Virus record (IMG/VR): IMGVR_UViG_3300023184_000025
Span: 281,155-345,154 of that record
Reading direction: 5' to 3' (one strand)
DNA length: 64,000 nt
The notes under the pieces are model-generated. The model worked only from the letters and a program-made list of their open reading frames with translations. It did no database searches and was not told the DNA's origin. How positions within the stretch are numbered: the stretch's first letter is position 1; every line of letters starts with the position of its first letter. A program made the translations under genes and the position numbers. Shown piece after piece: positions 17,192-26,854 of this stretch.

Positions 17192-17380
17192 ATAAAATAG
17201 TTAACACACTCCGAGGAATGTGTGTATTAAAGCACTCTAAAATACTTAGGCTGCCTGTTCTTAAAGAATGCTTTAATACGCTGTAATTTTTCCCTACACA
17301 AGAGTAGTTCCATCCTACAGGCCGCCCATTTGCCCATGTTTAGAGTGCAGGCTAGGATCTCGTTTCCTATAACACTTTGG

Positions 17381-17554
17381 CTAATTTACACTAAACGTTG
17401 ACAATTTGGTCAACGCTTCGTGATGTTTTCTAGCACGTTCAAACTTATCTTGAATAAGTTTTTGAAGCTGTTCTTTGGACATCTCTCCGAGAGCAGTTTC
17501 ATAAGCTTGTTCTACGATTCGTTCGTTTAATTTTTTGTAATCTATCTGTTTCAT
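17381..17554 (-). CDS. small helical hypothetical protein (57 aa, MKQIDYKKLNERIVEQ...)
   Basis: Manual translation; AAGGAAAA RBS; first gene after the attenuator terminator. Confidence 0.65.
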   Translation of the reverse strand: MKQIDYKKLNERIVEQAYETALGEMSKEQLQKLIQDKFERARKHHEALTKLSTFSVN

Positions 17555-17570
17555 TTTTTCCTTTGTAAAA

Positions 17571-17604
17571 ACAAAAAACCCCAGGGTGTTTAGTCCTAGG
17601 GTCC
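17571..17604 (-). terminator. attenuator terminator B
   Basis: GGACCCTAGG-ACTAAACAC-CCTGGGG-TTTTTTGTTTT. Confidence 0.75.
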
Positions 17605-17627
17605 TTTTAGAATTTGATGTATTTTTA

Positions 17628-17759
17628 TTACATCTTGTCTCCTACGGACCCTTGATTTTCTGGAATTGTAATTGCACAGTTAAAATTAAAACCGCGTGAC
17701 CAGGCAGATGCTGTCTGGAGCATAACGGGTTTTAACGATAACATGTAATGTTTGTTCAT
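17628..17759 (-). CDS. putative leader peptide B (43 aa, contains all 20 amino acids)
   Basis: MNKHYMLSLKPVMLQTASAWSRGFNFNCAITIPENQGSVGDKM; carries AGGGTCC complementary to the terminator arm. Confidence 0.6.
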   Translation of the reverse strand: MNKHYMLSLKPVMLQTASAWSRGFNFNCAITIPENQGSVGDKM

Positions 17760-17769
17760 CTTAGTTTCT

Positions 17770-17798
17770 ATTGTACTTTATTTATATCTTAAAGTCAA
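17770..17798 (-). promoter_or_regulatory. composite promoter: sigma70 with an embedded T4-late-type TATAAATA
   Basis: TTGACT-ttaagaTATAAATAaag-TACAAT (17 bp spacer). Confidence 0.75.
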
Positions 17799-17845
17799 CC
17801 TTTAAGGTAAAAATGTTGTGTTGTATAGATACAACACTCCTGAGT

Positions 17846-17920
17846 TGGTTGCGGGGGAAGGATTCGAACCTCCGTCTTCCGGGTTATGAGCCCGATAGTC
17901 TACCACTGACGTACCCCGCG
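17846..17920 (-). tRNA. initiator tRNA-fMet(CAU)
   Basis: C1:A72 mismatch, GGG/CCC in the anticodon stem, CCA. Confidence 0.92.
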
Positions 17921-17942
17921 GTAAAAGTTAGAGTTTTTATAT

Positions 17943-18018
17943 TGGCGGTCTTAGGGGGTAACGATCCCCACTCTTACGGCGTGACAAGCCGTCGTGCGTC
18001 CATGAACACTTTAAGACC
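17943..18018 (-). tRNA. tRNA-Asp(GUC), atypical T-loop
   Basis: Loop TTGTCAC; T-loop ATCGTTA; CCA. Confidence 0.85.
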
Positions 18019-18025
18019 AAATTTT

Positions 18026-18170
18026 TATAGTCAAGCACCGAGTATGCCAATTTAGGAGTCCGGTGCTTCCGTTCCAAAGCCGATGCAGTTATATCAGGAT
18101 CCGCCTCCGGCCGATGGGACCCGAATAGTGTATGCGTCCATACACGATACCTTATCGATGCTTGACTATA
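18026..18170 (-). ncRNA. candidate stem-closed RNA cassette
   Basis: 16-bp closing helix TATAGTCAAGCATCGA/TCGGTGCTTGACTATA; inner GTGTATG-GACG-CATACAC hairpin. Confidence 0.55.
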
Positions 18171-18261
18171 AAAACATATTGAAACACACTAACTACCTTG
18201 GTATGTACTAAAGTTCATAGAACCGCTACGACCCTATCTTTAATGTGCTTCAATATGCTCT

Positions 18262-18454
18262 GCATCCCCCGGCGGTAATTATAGAGTATCAAGATACGAC
18301 GCTATCGTACCCATCACACACTCCTTCCACCCGCTTCCCGACAGGGACCGTTCTCGCATTGCTAGCGGCCTTTTGGTTCGAAGACTACCACCCGTACATG
18401 TCACTGTACTTCTCATCGTGTGGGTCACACTATCCGGAGACACCCGGAACGTTC
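18262..18454 (-). ncRNA. candidate GC-rich multi-helix RNA directly 3' of tRNA-Tyr
   Basis: At least five helices (TCCGG/CCGGA, GTACA/TGTAC, CCGCT/AGCGG, TACGA/TCGTA, GGTGGTAGT/ATTACCGCC). Confidence 0.55.
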
Positions 18455-18541
18455 TGGTGGATGAGGTTGGACTTGAACCAACAATGCCATTACGACGGAA
18501 GATTTACAGTCTCCTGGGGTTACCAATTTTCCTACACATCC
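18455..18541 (-). tRNA. tRNA-Tyr(GUA)
   Basis: Long variable arm, loop CTGTAAA, CCA. Confidence 0.92.
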
Positions 18542-18734
18542 AAAATTAGGATAAGCTACTTGTTTTCCAAACAAGCCCTTAATTGAGCGGTTACTCTGTC
18601 CATCTCTTTTATTCTAATGTCTGTGTGCAGAGAGATACTGCCTATCAGATTCTGGATTGCTCCGCTAACGGTCTTCTGCCACCGGACCTCTATCGCTAGT
18701 CAAGCGCCATTTTAACGAAAATAGTAACGGGATT

Positions 18735-18809
18735 TGGTACTGGGTACGGGAATCGAACCCGTCTTACAAACGTGAAAGGCTTGTGTCCTAACCGATAGAC
18801 GAACCCAGC
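18735..18809 (-). tRNA. tRNA-Glu(UUC)
   Basis: Loop CTTTCAC, CCA. Confidence 0.92.
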
Positions 18810-18934
18810 ATAAAGAAAAACCCTATAGCAGTCCAGTTAAGCAACCGAACAGGGCCGTGTTAAAGAGAGAAGCCACGGTTGCAGGACCTAGTGCTCTTGC
18901 GAGGAAGTATCCAGGCGATGTGGCTTCAAAAACT

Positions 18935-19024
18935 TGGCGGAGCGACTGGGAGTCGAACCCAGTCAACGCTTTAACACGTTGTACGGATTAGCAATCCGCT
19001 GCCTTACCGTTCGGCCACCGCTCC
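18935..19024 (-). tRNA. tRNA-Ser(GCU)
   Basis: Long variable arm, loop TTGCTAA, CCA. Confidence 0.93.
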
Positions 19025-19034
19025 AAAAAAAATG

Positions 19035-19270
19035 CTATATTAAAATACACTAAAGGAACCATTGTGCATCTATGTCTACACTATACGAACGTCTCGTATA
19101 GGCCTGCACGGTCATTACTGCCTACATACTCCGCCGCTTCTCTGGGATTAGTTCCGTATCATCTAAACGGACCCCGGTTTCATAGACTGTAAGATTGCGT
19201 AGGGCGGCCCCTGTGCTCGCGTCTTACAGTCCCTAACGGTGTAGGTAACCTTTAATACATTTTAATATAG
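19035..19270 (-). ncRNA. candidate 236-nt highly structured RNA heading the tRNA array
   Basis: 22-bp closing helix with 3 G-U pairs; inner GACTGTAAGA/TCTTACAGTC and CTATACGA/TCGTATAG helices; preceded by a GCAA tetraloop hairpin. Confidence 0.65.
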
Positions 19271-19344
19271 TAACCCTTGCGGGTTACTACATAAAAACTC
19301 TAAAATTTTTAAAGAACATTGTTGATTTCTCAACGTATGCATCA

Positions 19345-19373
19345 ATTATATGACACTTTGCGATTTTTGTCAA
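19345..19373 (-). promoter_or_regulatory. consensus sigma70 promoter for the tRNA array
   Basis: TTGACA-17bp-TATAAT. Confidence 0.85.
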
Positions 19374-19437
19374 CTACTTGTTTGTTGTATTTTTACAACA
19401 CTCTGTTGTTGTCCGGAATTGCTTCCTTCATGTTTCT

Positions 19438-19466
19438 ATTGTACTAGATCTGCCAATTTTGGTCTA
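19438..19466 (-). promoter_or_regulatory. second sigma70-type promoter
   Basis: TAGACC-17bp-TACAAT. Confidence 0.55.
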
Positions 19467-19471
19467 CCTAT

Positions 19472-19503
19472 AAAAAGAAAACCCGCCTAGTTGGCGGGTC
19501 TTT
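19472..19503 (-). terminator. attenuator terminator A
   Basis: AAAGACCCGCC-AACTA-GGCGGGT-TTTCTTTTT. Confidence 0.8.
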
Positions 19504-19521
19504 GTTGATAGTACTTTCTAG

Positions 19522-19626
19522 TTATCTAGATTTCTCAAGACCCGCATCAGACATGTGTTCATAGTCATAACTCACAAAATCTCGTGTGTTACTATTAGTG
19601 TGCATAGACAATGGTTGATAGTTCAT
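19522..19626 (-). CDS. putative leader peptide A (34 aa)
   Basis: MNYQPLSMHTNSNTRDFVSYDYEHMSDAGLEKSR; TATAAT 6 nt before ATG (leaderless); carries GCGGGTCTT complementary to the terminator arm. Confidence 0.6.
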   Translation of the reverse strand: MNYQPLSMHTNSNTRDFVSYDYEHMSDAGLEKSR

Positions 19627-19729
19627 AGTACTATTATATATCCATAATCTTTAAAAATTAATTTTTTCCTAGTTTTTTTACCAAAGCAACTACCCGGGTC
19701 CAAATAAATAAATTTTTAAAAAGTATCAA

Positions 19730-20434
19730 ATGATCAATACTAATACAGATAAAATAATAATTATATGTTATTCTAGTTTTAGCGGCGGAAAATTTTTAGT
19801 TAACAGTCTAGGGTTAAGCAATAAAATTGTATTACAAGATATCAACTTGGCAACACAGCAAGCAAATGGAAATTTCTCAAAACAGGAAAAGTTTGAATAT
19901 TTTGTTACAAAATTAAACGAAAATGGACCCACTAAAGAATGGAACGATCTTGGACTAGGGTGTTTTCAGTTTTTTGGTGTTCTTGACAAGGAATACTTGC
20001 AAAACAAAGTCACTGTAGAAAGATTTGACAACAAAATTTCAAATATCATTGACAATGATCTAACATTTTTTCTAGTTGCACATAATTACATTTTTTTGCC
20101 AAAATATTTAGAGGTATGGAAGAATGCAAAAATTATAGTGTTTGAAAACTCTGATTTGTTTATTAAATGGAGAACAAACGGAAAACAGACTGACAATGGT
20201 GCGTTTTCAAGAGAGAAATTTTTAGATAAAAATGTAATACACTATTTTGACAATAATAATTATTTTTCAAAAATCAAGACCCTAGACGAGATTGAAAAAA
20301 TGCATCAGGTATTAGACTTACCTGACTTTGATAAAGAGTTAGTATCAAACTACTATGATTTATGGATGAGCAAGTTACTAGAAAATAAAATATACTGGGA
20401 AAAAAGTAATAAATCTGGCAGAATCAATTTTTAA
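19730..20434 (+). CDS. hypothetical protein, possible sulfotransferase-like P-loop fold
   Basis: ICYSSFSGGKFL N-terminal motif, shared with 56857..57432. Confidence 0.4.
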   Translation: MINTNTDKIIIICYSSFSGGKFLVNSLGLSNKIVLQDINLATQQANGNFSKQEKFEYFVTKLNENGPTKEWNDLGLGCFQFFGVLDKEYLQNKVTVERFDNKISNIIDNDLTFFLVAHNYIFLPKYLEVWKNAKIIVFENSDLFIKWRTNGKQTDNGAFSREKFLDKNVIHYFDNNNYFSKIKTLDEIEKMHQVLDLPDFDKELVSNYYDLWMSKLLENKIYWEKSNKSGRINF

Positions 20435-20515
20435 GTATGTTTATTTCCTTTTTGTATCATTGGTTTAAATATTATATAAATCAAAGCCGTAGCTGGCATC
20501 ATAAAGGAGTAATCA

Positions 20516-21250
20516 ATGGTTACCAAGAAAGCACCAGTCAGAAAGGCACCTGTCAAGAAAGTAGTTGCTAAAAAAACACCTGTTAAAAAGGCACCCGTTA
20601 AAAAGACAACCACAGCACCAATTGTGATTGATGTCAGTAGCACTACTAAATCAGCATCATCCATGTTGGACAAGGCCATAGACCTAATCAAGTGGGTGGA
20701 CACACCGTTCAAACTGTTTGAAGTTATCTTGTTGGCCAGCGTGTTCTTTTTTGGCTATTTCGCCTGGGACAGCAGAACTGTTATTTTAAATGCAATAACA
20801 CAAAGCAGTCATATAACAAATCTCAAAGAAGTAAATCATCTTATACCAGTTGCTGTTGGTCTACAAAAAGACTTGGATGCGGTATCTGTAGTAGTACACA
20901 AAGCCAGTTTAGTTACCAACACCCGAACAACCATGTTAGCTTTTGGTCCTAAGGGCAGAGATAATGCATTAGACGGGTTGGTTTCCAGTTTGTTCAACAA
21001 AGATCCCATACGCAATGCCGCTATCATTGGCATGCTCAACGGTGAAGTTGTTTGCGATAAGTTAGAAGTAACAGGCAAGACTTCAGAATGGGAAGTCAAG
21101 CAAGGCGCCACATTTATCTGTCGTGGTGGTATTCCTCCAGAAGTGGGAGATTTTGATGGATACGTGTCAGTTGGATTCAAAACAGAACCAACAGAACTAA
21201 CTGTGGTTAAAACTAGAATTAATCTAGCCACATCTGAGATGTCGCAATGA
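20516..21250 (+). CDS. bitopic membrane protein with Lys/Pro-rich tail; T4 T-like holin candidate
   Basis: KKAPV repeats, one TM helix, about 150-aa C-terminal domain with two Cys; architecture only. Confidence 0.35.
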   Translation: MVTKKAPVRKAPVKKVVAKKTPVKKAPVKKTTTAPIVIDVSSTTKSASSMLDKAIDLIKWVDTPFKLFEVILLASVFFFGYFAWDSRTVILNAITQSSHITNLKEVNHLIPVAVGLQKDLDAVSVVVHKASLVTNTRTTMLAFGPKGRDNALDGLVSSLFNKDPIRNAAIIGMLNGEVVCDKLEVTGKTSEWEVKQGATFICRGGIPPEVGDFDGYVSVGFKTEPTELTVVKTRINLATSEMSQ

Positions 21251-21591
21251 AATGGCTAATAGTATTTTTATTACTGCTAATTTCATGTATACCAAGTTCA
21301 AGTCAGCCGTGTGATGATTGTATAGGTGGAGTTGTTGCTACAGATACTAACACTTGTTTGGTATCTAATTTTTATAAAATTGCTTATTCAATTCATGACC
21401 CTGGTTTACGACACCAACAGTTATCATCGTGGTTAACAACCAACGGAAACAAATGTGACAGCAAACAACTTGTTATAATTTGGAATCGTCTTGCTGAATG
21501 GGGTGGCGCCGCCGACTCAGCAGAATTGCGAGGCAAACTACTTTATTATTTTTCTAGAGCCGAAGAGAGGGAACGCAAGGAAAAATCATAA
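21247..21591 (+). CDS. secreted Cys-containing small protein (antiholin RI-like candidate)
   Basis: N-terminal signal, several Cys, ATGA overlap with the upstream gene. Confidence 0.3.
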   Translation: MKWLIVFLLLLISCIPSSSQPCDDCIGGVVATDTNTCLVSNFYKIAYSIHDPGLRHQQLSSWLTTNGNKCDSKQLVIIWNRLAEWGGAADSAELRGKLLYYFSRAEERERKEKS

Positions 21592-21824
21592 TGGATGCAA
21601 TCAGATGGTTCCCAATAGTGCAACCAAGTTACGCAAATGTAGATGGTATTTTAGCCGATGTTCACGCAAGAAAAAATGAAGAACGCTGGGCTGAATACAA
21701 CAAAGAGTTAGTTGAAAAAATACATTTCAGGGACTATTTGTATGATTTGTATTTGAAAAGAGCACACGAAAATCACATACGCATGGAAATATTCAACGTG
21801 AGTACCATAGATTATTATGTTTAA
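21591..21824 (+). CDS. hypothetical protein (77 aa)
   Basis: TAATG coupling with the upstream gene. Confidence 0.65.
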   Translation: MDAIRWFPIVQPSYANVDGILADVHARKNEERWAEYNKELVEKIHFRDYLYDLYLKRAHENHIRMEIFNVSTIDYYV

Positions 21825-21833
21825 TTAAAATTG

Positions 21834-22922
21834 TTATATAACTTTATCAGCGGTATTAACTAGGTCGTCAAACTGTTTAATTTGCCATTGATGCTTTTTG
21901 GCAAGATTGAGAATATTATCAACATTATTGCAAGCTAATTTTATTAAATTTTGATGATTGTGTTTGATATCGTTAATTAAATCATTCTCCAAGGCACCGA
22001 TGTTATTAACTAAAAATTCCACGTTTTCAACAATTGCATTTAATCGTTGTTCGTGGTCAAGTATGTTGTCATATTTGATAGGCAAATATTCTTCAAAGGT
22101 TTTGAATCCCATAATTGATAGTTGTTTGAGTACTCCGGGAATTCCAGCAATTATAAAAGCATGATTATTTAATATTGGAATCCAGGTTTTTTCTGTGAAA
22201 AAAACAGCATCAACCGAATTTGTATTATTAAAAATAGTTTCGGGCACAATTGAAAAACCTGTGTTATCATAAAGTTTAACGTCGTAAGGTACCGGAAGAA
22301 AAAAATAAGAGTAACCAAACGGTTTAAATTTAACACTATCTGGTTGACGTTGATATTTGTTTGTAAAATCAATGTATTCGTCAACTGTTATTTCAGGCAC
22401 AGTTGAATGTTCTTGATTAATTTTATCTTTAATTGGATAAAACGACCATATGCTGTTTTCTAACAAATTCTTTTGTTGTAACTTATATAGCAATCGAGTT
22501 CTGTTGAGTTTAGATGGTTTGCCGGTCAAGAATAAAAATGTATTTTTTACATTGGGTATTTTTTTAAAATCGCATAGTTTTTTAACTACAACTTCGTTGT
22601 AGATTCTTACTAAAAAATAATCTATTAGTAGAACATCATCAACAGCTGGATCCAACAGGTCTTGGTAATAAGGTTGATACCAGGAATCAAGTATAACAAA
22701 AATTCTTCCTTTCAATTTTCTCTTTGCTGTTTGCACTAGCGTTTTATACCCTTGTCTCCAGTTAGTAGACATTTTATAATAAGGTACTTCCCATACACTA
22801 GCTAAAATAGTATCACAGTCTGTGTTGTACTCTTTAAGAAAATTTTCAGCCTGCTCAACGGAAAAAGTATCTCCTTGGAAGATATATTCTTCACATCTGA
22901 TAACTTGAAACTTATTGTTCAT
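21834..22922 (-). CDS. GT10-like (GT-B) hypothetical protein
   Basis: FSIVPET..FFTEKTWIPI..GFKTF..YD..R; TAAATA 4 nt before ATG. Confidence 0.5.
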   Translation of the reverse strand: MNNKFQVIRCEEYIFQGDTFSVEQAENFLKEYNTDCDTILASVWEVPYYKMSTNWRQGYKTLVQTAKRKLKGRIFVILDSWYQPYYQDLLDPAVDDVLLIDYFLVRIYNEVVVKKLCDFKKIPNVKNTFLFLTGKPSKLNRTRLLYKLQQKNLLENSIWSFYPIKDKINQEHSTVPEITVDEYIDFTNKYQRQPDSVKFKPFGYSYFFLPVPYDVKLYDNTGFSIVPETIFNNTNSVDAVFFTEKTWIPILNNHAFIIAGIPGVLKQLSIMGFKTFEEYLPIKYDNILDHEQRLNAIVENVEFLVNNIGALENDLINDIKHNHQNLIKLACNNVDNILNLAKKHQWQIKQFDDLVNTADKVI

Positions 22923-22940
22923 ACTCTATTTAAACTTGTT

Positions 22941-22965
22941 AAAAAGCCCGGTTGCCCGGGCTTTT
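22941..22965. terminator. intrinsic terminator after groEL
   Basis: AAAAAGCCCGG-TTG-CCCGGGCTTTT. Confidence 0.8.
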
Positions 22966-22968
22966 AGA

Positions 22969-24887
<1,919 letters not shown>

Positions 24888-24997
24888 ATTTTTCTCCTTT
24901 AAAGTAAGCAAGATTTTATTCATGACCCGCGAACGGCATCACGAATCAATATTTATAATTCGTTATTTTATACTATACAAAAAATATTTGCAACCAA

Positions 24998-25354
24998 TTA
25001 GGTAAAAGATAACTCAGCTGTGATTTTGTGCAAGCGATCAAATCTGAAACTACGCCATTCTTCTTTTTCCAAGTCATATACACGCACAACATCCTCTGTG
25101 GGTTCTTTGCGTTCTTTCTTGGGAAGTGCCGATTCTGTTACAGCTTCCCATTTGATTAAGTCATTATTAAGAGTACATTTCATTTGTCGAATTGTACCAT
25201 CAGCTTTGACAAACTCAATGCTGACAGAGCCTGCTTGTAGTAAGCCACGTACCCAATCTCGTATGACAATTTTCTGCGTGTCATCTGCTTCTTGATATTG
25301 TGTGCCTGGCGCACTTTTAAGAAGACGAACCATTTCTTGTTTAGACCAATCCAT
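24998..25354 (-). CDS. WYL_2/DUF2693-like SH3 beta-barrel protein
   Basis: FVKADGTIRQMKCTL..VYDLEKEEWRSFRFD. Confidence 0.7.
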   Translation of the reverse strand: MDWSKQEMVRLLKSAPGTQYQEADDTQKIVIRDWVRGLLQAGSVSIEFVKADGTIRQMKCTLNNDLIKWEAVTESALPKKERKEPTEDVVRVYDLEKEEWRSFRFDRLHKITAELSFT

Positions 25355-25361
25355 AATTACC

Positions 25362-25586
25362 TCACTTGTGTTTTAATGCAAACCAACTGGCAGTTGCATT
25401 GTTATAAAAGAAAAAAATTGTATATTTAGGGTTCATTTGATGTCCATTTATTGCATCAAACTTGGGAGGATAATATTGAAAGTCAAAGTCTGAACCTTGC
25501 CGAAGACCGCTGTCTCTCAACTCTTGTACTATTTCCATAACACGAGTTGGGTTGTGTCCTTCGAGCGTTACTTCAATCATGCCCAC
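25362..25586 (-). CDS. hypothetical protein (74 aa)
   Basis: ORF in operon context. Confidence 0.65.
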   Translation of the reverse strand: MGMIEVTLEGHNPTRVMEIVQELRDSGLRQGSDFDFQYYPPKFDAINGHQMNPKYTIFFFYNNATASWFALKHK

Positions 25587-25795
25587 CTCAGTAAGAACAA
25601 TGTTAACATTTTTTCATCTCTAAACTCAAATACACCTTCTCCAATGAATCTCCAACCATCTATTGCAGTATTTCCAAATTGTTCTTTGCACCATTCTATA
25701 CATGGCGTCCAGCCCACATACACATGTTTAGAAACACTACCGTTTACAGGAGGCATAATACTGGCCACATACCACCCTGATAAACTGTTAATCAT
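25577..25795 (-). CDS. hypothetical protein (about 72 aa)
   Basis: WCKEQFG..WRF..FEFRDEKMLTLFLLRW; start shortened to avoid a long overlap. Confidence 0.6.
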   Translation of the reverse strand: MINSLSGWYVASIMPPVNGSVSKHVYVGWTPCIEWCKEQFGNTAIDGWRFIGEGVFEFRDEKMLTLFLLRWA

Positions 25796-26339
25796 CTTCC
25801 CATTCAACAGGTGCCCATCCAAGTTTACGTAGATCTTCCCGGATCTCTTGGGTGACCACACCTTCGGGCACATAGTCACGTCCGTCTGGATCAGTAGTGG
25901 GCTCATAATGATCTAAACCAAAACCGGATTCTTTGTTACCAATGCCAGAACAGTACCAATCAATGTAATCGCCTTTTTCCTGCATGTCAGCAACAATGCC
26001 TCCGCTGTGCCGCCAACTGCAACTCCAACGTTGGTTTTTTAAGATAGGCCAGGTTTCCAATTTTTGAAACTGCATGTTGCACATGGCCGCATACAAGTTC
26101 TGTGCATAATTGTCGCTGGCTTTTACTTTGTCACAGATCCATTCAGTGCCACGGAGATCGTATTCCATATTGTCTTTTTGCCATTCTGGATCTGCAACAT
26201 TAGCTTCATCCTGCTCACGCCAAGTTTTATACATTTCTATATAGTCAGGATTGGGCAACTTGCCTTGTTCCTCACAGCGTTTAACATATCCTTCCTTTTG
26301 AAAGGTATGTCGTTCTGGACTGCTGTTTATCTTGGTCAT
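25788..26339 (-). CDS. hypothetical phage protein (183 aa)
   Basis: ORF with YAQNLYAAMCN and DYIDWYCSG. Confidence 0.7.
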   Translation of the reverse strand: MTKINSSPERHTFQKEGYVKRCEEQGKLPNPDYIEMYKTWREQDEANVADPEWQKDNMEYDLRGTEWICDKVKASDNYAQNLYAAMCNMQFQKLETWPILKNQRWSCSWRHSGGIVADMQEKGDYIDWYCSGIGNKESGFGLDHYEPTTDPDGRDYVPEGVVTQEIREDLRKLGWAPVEWEDD

Positions 26340-26581
26340 TGTAGTTTTCTTGTGGATTCTTCGTCAAAACTGTTTAACAGTTTTTCTGCCAACGCAGGAT
26401 CTTCTTCCATGAGTTCTTCAAAGTCAACAGGACGACTTTGTTCTGCTAATTCTTCTGGTGTTAGATTAGAAAACATCTCAATAAGCTCTTTCTGCAGAGC
26501 ATCAAGTTCTTCTTGTGTTCCATCAAAATCATCAAATGCACCAGGTGCAAACTCTACTTTTGATTTCTGCGAATTAGTCAT
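26336..26581 (-). CDS. acidic hypothetical protein (81 aa)
   Basis: ORF downstream of the tRNA triplet. Confidence 0.65.
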   Translation of the reverse strand: MTNSQKSKVEFAPGAFDDFDGTQEELDALQKELIEMFSNLTPEELAEQSRPVDFEELMEEDPALAEKLLNSFDEESTRKLQ

Positions 26582-26596
26582 TGTGAATCCTTGTTA

Positions 26597-26671
26597 TGGT
26601 CCGGCCTACAGGAATCGAACCTGTATTGATAGCTTAGAAGGCTACTGTTCTATCCATTGAACTAAGGCCAG
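26597..26671 (-). tRNA. tRNA-Arg(UCU)
   Basis: Loop CTTCTAA, CCA. Confidence 0.92.
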
Positions 26672-26676
26672 GTTGT

Positions 26677-26762
26677 TGGTGCGACTGGCCGGAATCGAAC
26701 CGGCACGCCATTACAGCGAGAGATTTTAAGTCTCTTGTGTCTACCTATTTCACCACAGTCGC
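26677..26762 (-). tRNA. tRNA-Leu(UAA)
   Basis: Long variable arm, loop CTTAAAA, CCA. Confidence 0.93.
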
Positions 26763-26763
26763 T

Positions 26764-26838
26764 TGGTGGGCCCACTTGGAATTGAACCAAGACTCGACCG
26801 ATTATGAGTCGGTTGCTTTACCATTAAGCTATAAGCCC
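26764..26838 (-). tRNA. tRNA with CAU anticodon, probably Ile2 (lysidine type)
   Basis: GACTCATAATC anticodon arm resembles bacterial Ile2 tRNAs; CCA. Confidence 0.85.
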
Positions 26839-26854
26839 AGTACGAGTAATTATA

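Noticed and set aside
17200-19290. Naming the inter-tRNA RNAs as GOLLD, ROOL, RNase P or SRP
   Set aside because: I cannot match diagnostic sequences by eye; this needs a covariance-model search.
20516-20620. KKAPV repeats as a DNA repeat element
   Set aside because: Codons vary between copies; it is a protein-level low-complexity tail.
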